55,542 nucleotides of DNA. Source: Catajapyx aquilonaris (taxonomy: Eukaryota). The position numbers were made by a program, and so were the translations under genes. Below, piece by piece: positions 36,700 to 50,268 of the stretch. The notes below the pieces were generated by a model that did no database searches, was not told the DNA's origin, and was given only the letters and a program-made list of their open reading frames with translations. The stretch spans positions 1-55,542 of the forward strand of contig JYFJ02002518.1 in the NCBI GenBank assembly GCA_000934665.2, written 5' to 3'. The number at the start of each line of letters is the position of its first letter. The first letter of the stretch is position 1.

Positions 36700-37094
36700 A
36701 AGAGTCCGGATTTTCAGACACGAAAAAAACCCGAAATAGGCACGAAAACCCCCGCAAATAGGTCCTTTCAGAAACACATAATAATACTCCTCAAAATATC
36801 AAACTCTGAAGGAATAGGCCCGGAATAGACCCAAAAAAGTCCCGAAATTACTGGCAAAAAGTTTTAAAAAAACTATCCCAAAAAAGGCCAAATAGGCATT
36901 AAAAGTCGCCAAAAGACAGAATAGGCAAAATAGTTTGCAAAACCACGAAATAGGCCATTTTAGGCACTATAACATTTTTTCACATCATGCATATTTATGA
37001 AAAGGATAGAATCTATCCTTTTCATAAATGCATGATGTGGAAAAATGTAGGTTTTATAGTTTAAATAGGCATTTGACTAAACATCCGGATTCTA
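36700..37094. mobile_element. Non-autonomous TIR element, probably hAT, with AAATAGGC repeats and an internal palindrome at 36973-37048
   Basis: Imperfect TIRs AGAGTCCGGATTTT / CATCCGGATTCT; flanks CATATTAC / CATATTTT resemble a decayed 8-bp TSD. Confidence 0.55.
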
Positions 37095-37145
37095 CATATT
37101 TTACATATAAGTACACCATGTTTTTGACATTATGATGTGGCCTTT

Positions 37146-39475
37146 TTACATTGCAGCAAGCTCAGTGGGGTCTTCTGAACTGGGTGGAAGCACTTCAATA
37201 GTGTACTGCACACGTATCTCTTTCAGATTGCTGTAGCTATTATCTAGTATCACCACATCTGAAAAAGAAAAATTATCAATATTGTAAAAAAGAATTGCAA
37301 GGTTATGGTCACTTCAGATTATGCAGAGAATGGCATGTATTACATCACATGCTGCAAGTTGACGTAAGAACCTCACTTACACTTTCCTTCATCAAGAGGG
37401 TGAGTCTCACCCTGTAGAATGGTATCGCAAGAATCCAGACGGGTACAGGGAAGCACTTCTTGCCTCTCATTGTTACCATCCACACTAAATATTCCAAAAC
37501 CAATGTCGTGCGACTCTGTCCGAATCTTCCAGCTGACATTGGGAAATCATGCAAATCAATCCAAATCAATTCTCAGTATCAATAAATTTTACCTTATTTC
37601 CGAACCAGATTGAGCAATGTACACATCTTTTTCCAATTTATCGCATTTTTTTATTGTAGCTGTCTCCATGAGCTCTTCACTTTCTTCATCTGTCTTGCTG
37701 CTCTTGTTTTTAGACATGTAATAAGACTTGGGGATATCTACTCCATGATTGACCTTAGAGAAGAAGATCATAATTAATACTCATTGATCAGACAGGATAT
37801 TTGTTCTTATTAATACTTTGGATGGACACATTGGGTTTCCATCTGGATCCACCATTGTTCCTCCCCAGTGTTTGGGCAGCTGGTCGGCATCTATGAGTTC
37901 CAATATGGCCGGAACCCATTTTGTTCGATCCGAATCATACAAGAAGATCTTCTTCCTTGTGTGCTCATTTAGGACAGGTTTTAGCAGGTTGAACACAAAG
38001 GCGCCGAATTTTGGAGCTACACGAGAAGAGTTTATAATGTGCGCAACGTATCATTATTATCAAGTCTCATCTTCATTAGTTTGTCCAATCTTTCCAATTA
38101 TTGCTCGTACACTCTTAACCATTTACCTTCTCTAGAGAGGGTAAAAAAGAGGCCCTTTTTACCCTCTATTTTCTAAGGTAATACATGCAAAATTTACCTT
38201 AGAATAAATTTACCCAAGAATGTAAGGTAAAAAATGGCCACTTTCTTACCCTCTCTAGAGAAGGTAAATGGTTAAGAGTGTATAAATACAAACACATAAT
38301 AGATCCAGCCTAGATAGGCACTAACTGACCATTCACGACGACAACCTTCTTCAGCGTTTCTGGATAATTGGCATCCTGCATTTTGATAAGTTTCTTAATC
38401 ACGTTTAGTCCTGGTAAAATAACAGAAGCACATTTTAATGCACATGACTTATTTTCTGTGTTTTTTTTGCAAGAAACGGATGCAACAAATACCATACCTG
38501 GCGGATACGTCGCATTTCGAAATGTCAGATGTTCTAAATCTATTATTGCGACAATCTGACCAACAAATTTTCCACGCTCTTGGCTCTGTTTGGCCATTTC
38601 TCGTCTGCTGACTTCCAATAATTGAGCACAATACTTCACTATCTCGTCTACTGGGGACGACTTCTGTAATCCAATAACGTCCAAGCGTCCTGTAGCCATC
38701 CACACTAGTAAGAAATATTAAATGATAATATAACAGTTAAAATAAATCAAATATGTGACATCACCACGGTTTTTGTCACGTTTATGCCTCAGAATAAATG
38801 AGAAAGATAATAAAGTTCTTGATTATTTTTATTAGGAATCATCTTTTTCTTGGGTAATTATTTACCTGGACATCCTTCCTTGTCATTACCAATGAGACTT
38901 ATTGGCTTGTACTTGCTAAGCACTTCTGGAGGCTCCCATGAATCTACGAGATTATCAGCCCCAATGCTTTCTCTCCAGGCCATGGACTGTATAATATGTA
39001 TCATATAAATTCACAGCAGAAAATATTTCAAATAAATCGTGTACTTATTAAAGGCTACACACGGTAACACTCACCTTACGCAACATCTTCTCTGCTTTTT
39101 CAAGTTTGAAATTCCTTGCTGTAAAAAAAAATTCAATGAACAAGCCGTTTTCTAAATGAAATATTTTTGAATATGTGAGACGAGCATTTCAATCACTCTG
39201 TACATTTATAGGAAAAGGTATGTTGTAAAATGTATAAGGTATGTAGTAAAATGTATAAGGTATGTTGTAAAATGTATAAGGTATTGCCACACTACCTCTT
39301 AACCATTGCAATAAGTACTCGTCATGTTCACACGCTTTCTTCACATCAGACACTGCCTTGCGAAACTGAAAACGATAATTATTATAGCAGACATTAATGG
39401 AAATAATTGATGGAGATATTGGACTGTTACTATTACCTTTACAAGAACATCATCTTGTTTGGGGCTCAACTCCAT
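37146..39475 (-). CDS. SEC14-like protein copy 11
   Basis: Exon 1 MELSPKQDDVLVK. Motifs [35 protein letters not shown] and LDNSYS. Stop TAA at 37146-37148. Confidence 0.9.
38110..38280. mobile_element. MITE in intron 6 of copy 11
   Basis: TIR CACTCTTAACCATTTACCTTCTCTAGAGAGGGTAA, TA flanks. Confidence 0.85.
39217..39284. repeat. 21-bp minisatellite, about 3 units (AGGTATGTTGTAAAATGTATA)
   Basis: Direct inspection; intron 2 of copy 11. Confidence 0.85.
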
Positions 39476-40414
39476 TGCTTCAGCTAATGTGGTTAGAAAA
39501 CAGACCTTCTCAAAAGCACATCAAATGGGTAACACTACCAACGGATGTTCTTGTGCTCTGATGTGAATAAGCCTCTTTCAACTGATAGAAGTACGAGTTT
39601 CAGGTGAAGTCCAAGGTTGCATAAAGATAAAGATAAGAAAAAAGGGAAGTGGTGCCGTGGTGAGGTGTACAGTGGAAGTGGCTATCATGTCAAATGCTTC
39701 AAGTTCACAAGAAGAAACTGCTGGGGTAATAACTACTAGAAGAAACTGACTATATTTATTCTCAGATATAAGTAATGAGGATTAATTTATTACTTACAAA
39801 ATAAATTACAAAATTGCAATAATTTCTACATGGTGGACTCGACCACCATCCATCAGTCCTCTACATTCTTCATTTTTCTTGGCCCTCCACATTAGGTTCA
39901 TTTTTGGTAGTATGAAAGGGCTTGGCATAAAAATAATATTGATATTAATATAATATTGAAATCGCCTGGTATAGTGATTGGCTGCCACCATTAGAAGTAG
40001 CTACTGTACATTTCTGGGGATTGGCCACGAAAATCTCCGCATATATTGCAATGATTCGAGGAGAGAGGTGAATTGTCACAGACGAGGAGACGCGGACTAG
40101 TCCACAAGTATTGACCCAAACCTTCTTGTAGCAATTACACATTGATCAAATTGCCATTATTATTTTTAAACATTTTAAGCAATCAAACAATCAAATCAAT
40201 CAATAGGATTCTGCCCACACTTCTGGTGTAGGCGTGGCCGAGAGGTCCCCTGCAAAGGTCCCCTGTAGCCTGTACAGTACAGTACACCTTATATGGCAGT
40301 GGACCCTAAACTGTAGGACTACTTCATGTAAGGACAGTAAGGTATATGTACAGTACTTTTAAGACGTGCCTCTGACAGAAAATATAGTTTTGTGGTTAAT
40401 ATCACTGTTTCTTA

Positions 40415-41230
40415 ACCGAAGCAGTAGTGGTGGAGTGGATGTGGTATCCAAAGATATCGGCTGTATATAACTTCTAGATACATAACTGCTAAGAAACAGT
40501 GAAGCCAGTTTGAGGGGTTTGTGCCAGTCGCCCAAAGCAAAGACGGCGGCTTTGGGCGACTTGGATCGATCTGCCGTGGGGGCCTGTACGTAGTTGGGCA
40601 ACTTCAAGGGATGCCCCGCGCCCCTGGAAACGTCCCACTGCGGTCTGGCCCATCAGCCCAGGGGCCGCCCCTATAAGGCCGCTTCTGCTGCCCCGCCCAT
40701 AGTGACGATGACGCCATATTTACTTTGGGCGTGATTGGCATCACTTTGCTTGTATGGAAAGGGATAGCGAGTTATGCATCTAGAAGTAGACTATAATATA
40801 GCAGATATTTTTGATGGTATCCGACTGCTAATAGGGAGGTCCTGGGTTCGAGTCCTCTGTGGTTTTCTGTGGTTTTCAAAGGTCGCCCCAGGAAAAATTT
40901 CTGGATCGTACCGTAAAATAGGCCACAGCCGCTTCCTTCCTTTCCTATCCTTGTCCTGTCCAGCAGGAGGTGCTGTGTCGGTGGGGAATTTCTGACCCAC
41001 ACCTAGGGAGGTGTCTTGTAGCTTGGCCCCCTGGGGGACTGCATACGACCCCCAAATTTCGGACATCGCACTTGCACCCGTATCCCTCACAAATCCCGAT
41101 CCTGACTCCTGCACCGGAGAGAAAAAATGCGAAGAAAATTTCGTAAGAAAAATGGGGGTAACCCACCCCCCTAAAAGGGCTCTGTTCCCTCTAATGGGGT
41201 AAAGCTAAATAAAATAAATAATAAAATAAA
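40415..41230 (+). mobile_element. tRNA-derived SINE interrupted by a DNA transposon
   Basis: TSD TAATATCACTGTTTCTTA at 40397-40414 and 41231-41248; A box TGGTGGAGTGG, B box GGTTCGAGTCC, A-rich tail. Confidence 0.8.
40449..40813. mobile_element. Non-autonomous TIR element with 8-bp TSD (P-like or hAT)
   Basis: TIR CAAAGATATCGGCT..ACTTCTAGATACATAACT vs CAAAAATATCTGCT..ACTTCTAGATGCATAACT; TSD GTGGTATC / ATGGTATC. Confidence 0.75.
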
Positions 41231-41293
41231 TAATATCACTGTTTCTTAGTTTCATATTGCTCCTATGACACCGGTACAATTTTTCTCCGTAAA

Positions 41294-41368
41294 TGATCGG
41301 TTATCCGAACAATCAGTTATCCGAACACCCCCTTGGCAGACTGTTCGGATAATCGATGCTCCACTGTA
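41294..41368. mobile_element. Single end of a pogo/Tigger-like MITE
   Basis: Minus strand TACAGTGGAGCATCGATTATCCGAAC with internal TTATCCGAAC repeats. Confidence 0.5.
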
Positions 41369-42157
41369 GTTCGAATATGGCGAACTCCGTGGTATCCGCA
41401 TGAAAGTTTGTCCCTATTATTTTACATTGTGATCAACCGAATATTGCTGTTTTAGAATTTCAGCAGCATACATTAACTGGATTATACTGGCTTGTGAGTT
41501 TCATATGCAGTAATTTATTTCAAGGCTGACAATTTAATATTAAAAAAATTTCATGTGGTATTTTTTAAATTGGATGTATAGTATCGCAGTATAGGATATT
41601 GCATAAGTCAGGCTCGGAGGACGCTTTTTGGTTTATTACGTCAATCCTTTCAAAATCGGAGTTTCACCTATTTTAGTGAGAGGATGAGGAATGCAACAGG
41701 CCATTCTTGCTGTTCAACGTAATCGCTGGCTATCCATTTTGTAAGGATGTCTGTAAGTAGTGTAGTGTAAAGTGTAAACGAATAAATGACGCAGTATTTG
41801 AAAATAATGATGTTATCCTTGGCTAGGTGACGCAAACACTCTACTCGGGGAAATTAGCTTAAATAATATTAGTTCTGTACGAAATTAAAACATAATTAAT
41901 AGAAGTGTGGAGAAAACAATTACGAGGGACGTACCAAATTATTTTATTACGGGTATAGTTTAAAAAATAATAAACTATTTCCACCACCGTTTCGTCTCCC
42001 TTATTCCACAGGATGTATTTTTCTCTTTAAACTATTTCTCATCACATATTGCAACTTCCGTGCAAAACCTTTGTGATGCGTATCGGTCCATGAGGCAATA
42101 AGGTTTTTATACCTTTCAAGGATGACTGTGATAATAATCCTGTATATCACGAGTAGA

Positions 42158-43954
42158 TCAGTCATTTTTTGGAGGAAGAATTTGAATTGCGTAGTACAGA
42201 TATTTGCTTCGTATTTTGCTGAAACTGTTATCAAACAGCACCACATCTGGTAAAGAGAAAACACAAATTATTACAAATATTCCAAAGAAATGTCACTTCG
42301 TATTTCCCAGCATTGACACTTACACTTCCCATTGTCCAGTGGCTCTGTCTGCCCTTGAACCATATCCTCACCGCTATCTACACGTTCATACGGAAGCATT
42401 TCCTTCCATTCGTCCACATCTACACGACATATTCCAAAGCCAATGTCATGCGACTCGGTCTGAAACTGCCAGCTATATAGAGAATAAAACTGTTTAGTCC
42501 ATTACATCATACACTGTTCATACTGCTCACCTTATACTAGAACCAGATTGGGCGATAGTAAAATCCAGCTGAAGTTTGTCTCCACTTTTGATGGTGACAG
42601 CTTCCATAGATTCGTCTATTTCATCTGCTTTGTTCGATTTGAAGTAAGATGAGGGTACGTCGCCTCCCAAAATAATCTGGTTTAAAAACGAAACATTATT
42701 TGACGAAAGGTGTGCGGTATGTCAGGGTATGTACCTTGGATGGGCATTTCGGATTGCCATCTGGGTCCACCATTGTTCCTCCCCAGTGTTGGGGCAACTG
42801 ATCCTCGTCAACAATTTCCAATATGGCGGGAACCCATTTAGTTCGATCGGAATCGTACACAATAATCTTTCTCTTTGTCACTTCACTCATGAATGGCTTC
42901 AGTAAGTTAAACACAAAGGCAAAGTATCGTGGAGCTGTGTGATATAAATAAATTGTATTAACAGTATTGCCTACAATGTTGTTACATACCATTCACAATG
43001 ATCACATTCCTAAGCATCTCTGGATAATTATCCTCTTGCATCTTGGTGAGTTCAAGTATGAGGGCATGACCTATAAGAAAAATTGCAACCAGGATTGGAA
43101 TAACTCTGCAATAAAATCTCCAATATATTGTTACCTGGACGGTGGAAAGCATTCCGAAATGTCCATCCTTCCAAATCCATTATTATGATATGCTGACCAA
43201 TATATTTCCCACGCAGTTGGCTCTGTTTGGCCATCTCTCGTCTGCTGATCTCCATGATTTGTATAACATTACGAATAACATCATCTGGAGACACAGACTT
43301 AAGGATCCCAATCACATCGAAGTATCCCGTACAAGCAATCCACACTGAAAAACCATATTACCAAAGTGTAGTTCACAATAAGTCATATAAGTATGTACAC
43401 CCACGAGCATAAAGTTGGAGACGGCAGGCCCGGAGCGTCTCCAACTTTATGCTCGCGGGTGTACATGCACATCTTTGATACTTACCTGGGCATCCTTCCT
43501 TGTCCAGCCCACACAGACTTAGAGGGTAATACTTCTGAAGCACTTCAGGAGGTGTATATGAATCAACAATGGTATCAGCACCAACCTTCTCTCTCCAAGC
43601 CACGCTCTAGAATTTTTTTTAAAAATAAATACTTTTGCTGTGTGCAAGGTTGTAAGTCAACACTTACCTGGCGCATCATATCCTCGGCCTTATCAACATT
43701 AAACTCTCGTGCTGCAAGCAATGACACATTAGAACTACTATCAATATTTTAAAACTAATATATTGCGAACCTTGCAGCCATTGCAATAAGAATCCATCTG
43801 AATCAGATGCCTTCTTCACATCATACACCAACTTACGAAACTGAAAACATGCAATATTGTCAAATATAGTTACAGATAGGGCAATAAAAATAACGTTGGT
43901 AAATATTTGAATTACCTGCTCTAGAGCAGTCTTTTGATCCTCGCTCAATTCCAT
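42158..43954 (-). CDS. SEC14-like protein copy 12
   Basis: Exon 1 MELSEDQKTALEQ. Motifs [34 protein letters not shown] and FDNSFSKIRSK. Stop TGA at 42158-42160. Confidence 0.9.
43398..43461. mobile_element. 64-bp mini-MITE in intron 4 of copy 12
   Basis: CACCCACGAGCATAAAGTTGGAGACG arms, TA flanks. Confidence 0.7.
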
Positions 43955-44463
43955 GCCTTTTCAGCTTCGAATCTATGTCTGAGCAGATGAATCAGCTATT
44001 CACTGCATCCGCATAAAATCATGTGGCATAGATACCCGACTTCTGAGTTCTTTTATGTTCGGAATGAGTTTCCTGCCAGTATCATGACGCAAAATAGTTT
44101 TTATGTGAAAGGTGTAGCAATAAACTGGAGGCTGCAGCCACAATCATGGCCACCAGTATAATTTGTATAGTTTAAAAAATTTACTTTACAGATGCGTTTA
44201 GGCAATGGGAAAGTACCGTCATGATTGGCAATTCCCTCTCTGCTTAGGAAACCAGTAGAGACCATGCAAAAATAAATGAAGTAACTCCTTCTACTAATTT
44301 ATTTCAGCTCCAGCTACACTTGACTCTCTTTCCACAACAATCACCCTTCCCAAACCATAGCAACTCCCTTCACAATCAACATGTAAATACTGTCAACATC
44401 TGTACATCACATTATTACGAAACATTACCACATAATTTATCTTGTGTGAAATCAGCAAACGTA

Positions 44464-46350
44464 CTAATCACTTTTTTCTGGCGGCACGACTTGAATGGAG
44501 TAGCAGAGATGTTTGCTCCTGAGTATGCTGTAGCTGTTATCGAATGTCACCACATCTGTCAAAAGAGAAGCCACGCATTTACATGTCATGGGACATGCAG
44601 GCATGCATGACCGCAAAACTTCCAAGGGTTGCCAACAGGGACATATTTTGTTATATTTACGTGCAAACTAGTTCTTTCGATAATTAATAAACTTGTAGGG
44701 CTCCTTACTTGCACAGACTAATTGCTGCACTTACATTTTCCCTCCTCCAGAGATTGTGTTTGTCCTCGTATCATTGAGTTGCTGCAATCTATACTTTGAC
44801 AGGGAACTATTTCCCTCTCGTCATTAACATCTACGAGTGATATCCCAAAAGCAATGTCATGCGATTCGGTTTGGAACATCCAGCTGCCGATTTGGAGAGA
44901 AAAAAAATCGAAAATAATATATAAGCCAAAATAATCCGTTAGTAATGTATATTTCAAATTGTGTGTCACCTAATTCGAGAGCCAGATTGAGTAATGAGAT
45001 AATCCAATTTCAATTTGTCACCCTTTGTGATCGTGGCTTCTTCCATGGGCACATCATAAGCATGCGGTTTGTTACACAAATAGTAAGATTTAGGGACTTC
45101 ACCTCCCTGTACAATCTGAAAGTGGGAGAAACAATGATTGTTGTCAACTGAGGTCGCGAAATCAATTTTCCTACCATGGATGGGCATTTTGGATTTCCGT
45201 CTGGATCAACCATCGTTCCTCCCCAGTGCTTGGGCAACTGATCTGGATCTATGAATTCCAAGAGATCTGGAACCCATTTTGTTCGGTCTGAATCATACAC
45301 AAAGATCTTGCTCCTGGTGTACTCATTCAAAAGAGGCTTCAACAGGTTAAACACATATGCGAAGAAAGACGGGGCTGTGTGATGGAGAGACACATCACAT
45401 TCATTGTTGAAAATTGTTGTGCGGTCTTATTTATAGGGGAGTACAATGTAGGTATCCTTACCATTCACAACGAACATTCTCTTGAGACACTCTGGGTAAT
45501 TGTCCTCACTTCCTTTATTTACTTCCCTTATCAAGGAATGACCTGGAATGTGAACATTAAAAGCTTGATGTCAGACACTCATGCTTTACAATCACTTACC
45601 TGGCGGATAAATTGCATTCCGAAACGTCAACCCTTCCAAATCAACGATTGAAATCGTCTGGCCAACAAACCTGCCACGCTTTAGACTTTGCCTGGCCATT
45701 TCTTTTCTGGCTTTCTCCAACAATTGAAGAAGAGTCGTGCATATGTCTTCTATTGTAGCCGACTTCACTAGTCCCACAATGTCCGTCTTTCCATTAAGAC
45801 TAATTATGACTGAAAGCAGTAGAGAAGTGGATAGAGTGACATTCCCTTGAAAGTAACGAACATCACAGATTACCTGGACATCCTTCCTTGTCAACACCGC
45901 ATATGCTATGAGGGTAATACTTTCTCAGCACTTCCGGAGGTTCCCATGACTCAATGATATCTACGCTATGTTCTTCTCTCCATGCCATCGACTATAATTT
46001 TTGTACCATTTTAGCCGTGTGACACATGATATAAGTTACTGTATAGAGTAAGATTAAAGCTAACCTTTCGCAGCATATCCTCCGCTTTTTTCATGTCAAA
46101 GTTCCTTGCTGAAATAATACAAAGTGATAAGAAAATATTATGCTCTGTATCAATGTGCAGCAGGGTGCTGCATAAACTGACCTCTCAACCACTGCAAAAG
46201 GTACCCGTCATCGTCACATGGTTTTTGAACGTCTGAGACTGCATCTCGAAACTGTAAAAAGTGTTTATAATTACATTTACAATGTGAAGCTTGGTCCATT
46301 GAGTAGTTTACCATTTCTAGGGCACTCAGTTGTTTCGGACTCAATTCCAT
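44464..46350 (-). CDS. SEC14-like protein copy 13
   Basis: Exon 1 [13 protein letters not shown]. Motifs [22 protein letters not shown] and [12 protein letters not shown]. Stop TAG at 44464-44466. Confidence 0.9.
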
Positions 46351-46599
46351 CGTGAGGTGACCTCGGATGTTATACTGAAATTGAAATTGGAACAACATAA
46401 CAACAGCAGTACTGTGAGAGCCAATCCTCGTGAAATCAACAGCTTCTTTGAGATACACAGCTGGTAGCTGCAAGTACAGATACATTTATCTTAAAAATCA
46501 ACCACTCACATTCTAAGCAGCGAGATTCCCACAAACAATCCGCCACGATTCTAATGAACGTAGTGAGATTTCCTAATATATGAATGCAAATTCTCGGCT

Positions 46600-46700
46600 C
46601 GCACTTTGATAAGAAGGACAGCACCCTGGGCTCCTGATAGCAATAACAGGATGCAGTATCAGCTTATTGAGCAATAACAACACTGTCCCAGAAGATAAGC
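46600..46700 (-). promoter_or_regulatory. Conserved GATA-containing upstream block of copies 13-16
   Basis: CGCACTTTGATAAGAAGGACAGCACCC..GATAGC recurs at about 49884, 52379 and 53364, each upstream of a SEC14 ATG. Confidence 0.45.
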
Positions 46701-47554
46701 TTTAATAACTTACATAAATTTCCCGGTTTTGAATGGCTTCCCAAATATCAACCTTCCAAATCCATGGTTCAAAACTTCAAATAAGTGAACAAAAATACAG
46801 GTACGGTACATATACAATTCATCTATATTATTAATACCCTACTGTAATGGCAATTCCTCCCGCTGCGTACGGCCTATAGCGTAGGAAGTGATGTAAAAAT
46901 TTAGCCCGCGTGTCCTATATTTGCAATACACTTTCGTTTTTTGGAAATAGTGTCCAGGGAATTTATAAAACACAAATAAAGCAGACCGCCTTTAAAAAAC
47001 CAACCTCCACGGAGTTCCCATAAACGCCGTTACGGCCGGGGACGCTACCTCCGCACCGCCTTACTTTGGTACTTCGCCGTCGGATGTCGCTGCCTGGTCC
47101 ACGTCTCTCTCCCTCGCTCCCTCTCCGCTTTGCCTAATTTTTTTGCCAAATTTCGACAAGTTGGTGCCTATAGTTGAATATTGTGTTTGGCACATATTGT
47201 CCATTGATCGTATTTCATGATATGTTTTTTTTTTAAGTTGTACCCCGTTATCTGGCCGATAGGTATTTCATGATATGCAATACTAGCAAGTCTCTCCGCT
47301 TGGGAAACCAGTACACAGATCATGTGAAAATATAGGAAGTGAAAAAGGAGACATTCCAGAAACAGAACCAAGCAGAGGGTGATAATTTTTCACTGCAATT
47401 GCCGTTACTTCATAATAGTTTATTGTGTACACATGGGCATTCACAAATGTGGAAAAATAAAATTAAGTATTGGTTCACTAATACCGGTAATAATTTTCTA
47501 CTACAATCAGCAAACACTACCAAGTGTCCTGGGTAGATTCAGCAAAAGAGCTAA

Positions 47555-49572
47555 TCACTTTTCTTCGGGTGGCACGACTTGAACGGAGTAGCAGAGATGT
47601 TTACTCCTGAGTTTGCTGTAGCTGTTGTCGAATGTCACCACATCTGTCAAAAGAGAAACGACCGTGGAGAAGATTGCAAAATAAAGCGTCTTTAAATACA
47701 GTATATGACATGTGACATGCAGACAGAAATAATTTGAGGTCCTTTTACTTGCACATACACATACTGATATTGCACTTACATTTTCCCTCTTCCAGAGACT
47801 GTGTTTGTCCTCGAATCATTGCGTTACTGGAATCCATACGTTGATAGGGAACTACTTCCCTCTCGCCATTAACGTCTAAGAGAGATATCCCAAAAGAAAT
47901 GTCATGCGATTCGGTTTGGAACATCCAGCTGCCGTTTGGGAAAGAAAAAAAATCATCCAATGATAATTAATCCAATATCATATTAGTTAATAGGTATATT
48001 TAACTGTGAGTCACCTGATTCGAGAGCCTGTTTGTATTATGAGATAATCCAACTTCAATTGGTCTCCCTTTCTGATCGTAACCTCTTCCATGGGTTCATC
48101 CAAATCATCCGTTTTGTTACGCATGTAGTAAGATTTGGGCACTTCACCTCCCAGTACAATCTGAAAGCGGAAAATGTAAGACGACTGTTGTCCTCAAATG
48201 TGTGAAATTAATTTTCCTACCTTGGATGGGCATTTTGGATTGCCATCTGGATCCACCATCGTTCCTCCCCAGTGCTTGGGCAACTGATCTGGATCTATGA
48301 ATTCCAAGAGAGCTGGAACCCACTTGGTTCGATCCGAATCATAGACAAATATCTTGCTCCTGGTGTACTCATTCATGAAAGGCTTCACCAGGTTAAACAC
48401 ATATGCGAAGAAAGAAGGAGCTGCATGGAAAGATAGTATATTTCACATTGGCCACCCCTATGCTCTGATAAGAGCAGAGAGGATCTTCATCAAAACCTAG
48501 TAGGCATGCCTTTCAACTTGGAACTTATCATGAAGCCTAATTATTATAGACGCAATATATTATAATGCACTAGAAACCTCACCATTCACAACAAACAGTC
48601 TCTTGAGACACTCGGGGTAATTCTCCTCCATGCTTTTATTTAATCTCATTACCAAGGTATGACCTGGAATGTGAACATTAAAAGCATGACATCAGATACC
48701 TACGTGCAATACAATAACTTACCTGGAGGATAAATTGCATTCCGAAACGTCAACCCTTCCAAATCCATGATTAAAATCTGCTGACCAATAAACTTGCCAC
48801 GCTTTTGGCTTTGCCTGGCCATTTCTCTTCTGCTTTTCTCCGTCATTTGAAGAGAACAACGTGCCATGTCGTCTATTGTAGCAGACTTCGCAAGTCCCAC
48901 AATGTCCGCGTTTCCACTAGGAGCAATTATGACTGAAAGCAGTAGAGTGAGATCATACACCGATTCACTTGAAAGTACAGTGAAACCCTCGGTGAAGCCT
49001 GTATATAATGAATAATTTTTAAAATGCCACACGTAGGGAGGTACAATCACCCAGTACACGTAGGGAGGTTTTACATATATTGGACTTCACATATTACCTG
49101 GACATCCTTCCTTGTCAACACCGCATATGCCATGAGCGTAATACTTTCTCAGCACTTCTGGAAGTTCCCATGACTCAATAGTATCGGCGCCAGATTCTTC
49201 TCTCCATGCCATTGACTAGTAAATAATATTGTACATGATAACCGTGTGACATATGCTTTAACAGCTTCAAATTAAAGCTAACCTTTCGCAGCATATCCTC
49301 CGCTTTCTCGAGGTCAAAGTTCCTTGCTGAAATAAAGTAATATCACATGCAAATTCTAACAAATGCGCTACGTAATTGTAGTGCCAGAGTTCAAAATAAT
49401 AGTGACCTCTCAACCACTGCAGAAGGTACCCGTCATCGTCCCAAGGCCTTTTAACGTCAGACACCGCATCTCGAAACTGTAAAAAGTGTGTATTACATTC
49501 ACAAAGTGAAGGTTTGTGTATTGAGTTGTTTACCTTTTCAAGTGCACTCAGCTGTTTGGGACTCAATTCCAT
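47555..49572 (-). CDS. SEC14-like protein copy 14
   Basis: Exon 1 [13 protein letters not shown]. Motifs MEENYPECLK and [16 protein letters not shown] exons. Stop TGA at 47555-47557. Confidence 0.9.
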
Positions 49573-50268
49573 CGTGAGGTGACCTCGGCTATTATTCTGA
49601 AATCGTAATGAAAACAATAAAACTACATCCGTGTTGTGACGAATAGGAGTCGGTGCTCGCGTGACCAATGATATCTCAAGCCTATCTGATAACTAAATAA
49701 ATGAAACTTCCTTACTTATGCAAAGAGCATCTAACGACTAAAAATAATATTATGTACCGAGCGATAGTAAATTCATTACCTTTAAAACCAAGAGATTCCG
49801 ACAACGAAACCAACACCGTGCCAATGAACGACTGGAAATCCTAATACATAGAACTAATGCTAACTCTTGCCCTCAATGCACTCGCACTTTGATAGGAAAG
49901 ACGTCACCCCGTGCTCCAGATAGCAAAAACAGGACGCAGTATCAGCTTATTGAGCCACTTAAAAACATCGCCTCAGAAGATAGGTGTTAATATTGACTGA
50001 TAACTTACATAACTTAGGCCTACCTGACTTTAAATGGCTTCCCACAAATCCTTCCAAATCCACTGTGTAAAATAAGTTGACAAGCATATATTTCATGGGG
50101 ACACTTTATTTGGTATATTGATTATTATTCATGGTGTGGTATCATTTCCAAGGTTAAGATAGTGGGGACACTTCAAGTTGCTGCGAAGTACCGTGTTGAT
50201 TGGCAATTCAATATCTGCTTGGGAAACCAGTAGGCCTACACATACAGTGAGTGCAGTAAACACGTTCG

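Noticed and set aside
39604..39726. Possible plus-strand Cys/Lys-rich exon (..KKGKWCRGEVYSGSGYHVKCFKFTRRNCW) bounded by AG and GT
   Set aside because: No start, partner exons or recognisable family. It overlaps the GATA-rich upstream region of copy 11 and is probably chance.
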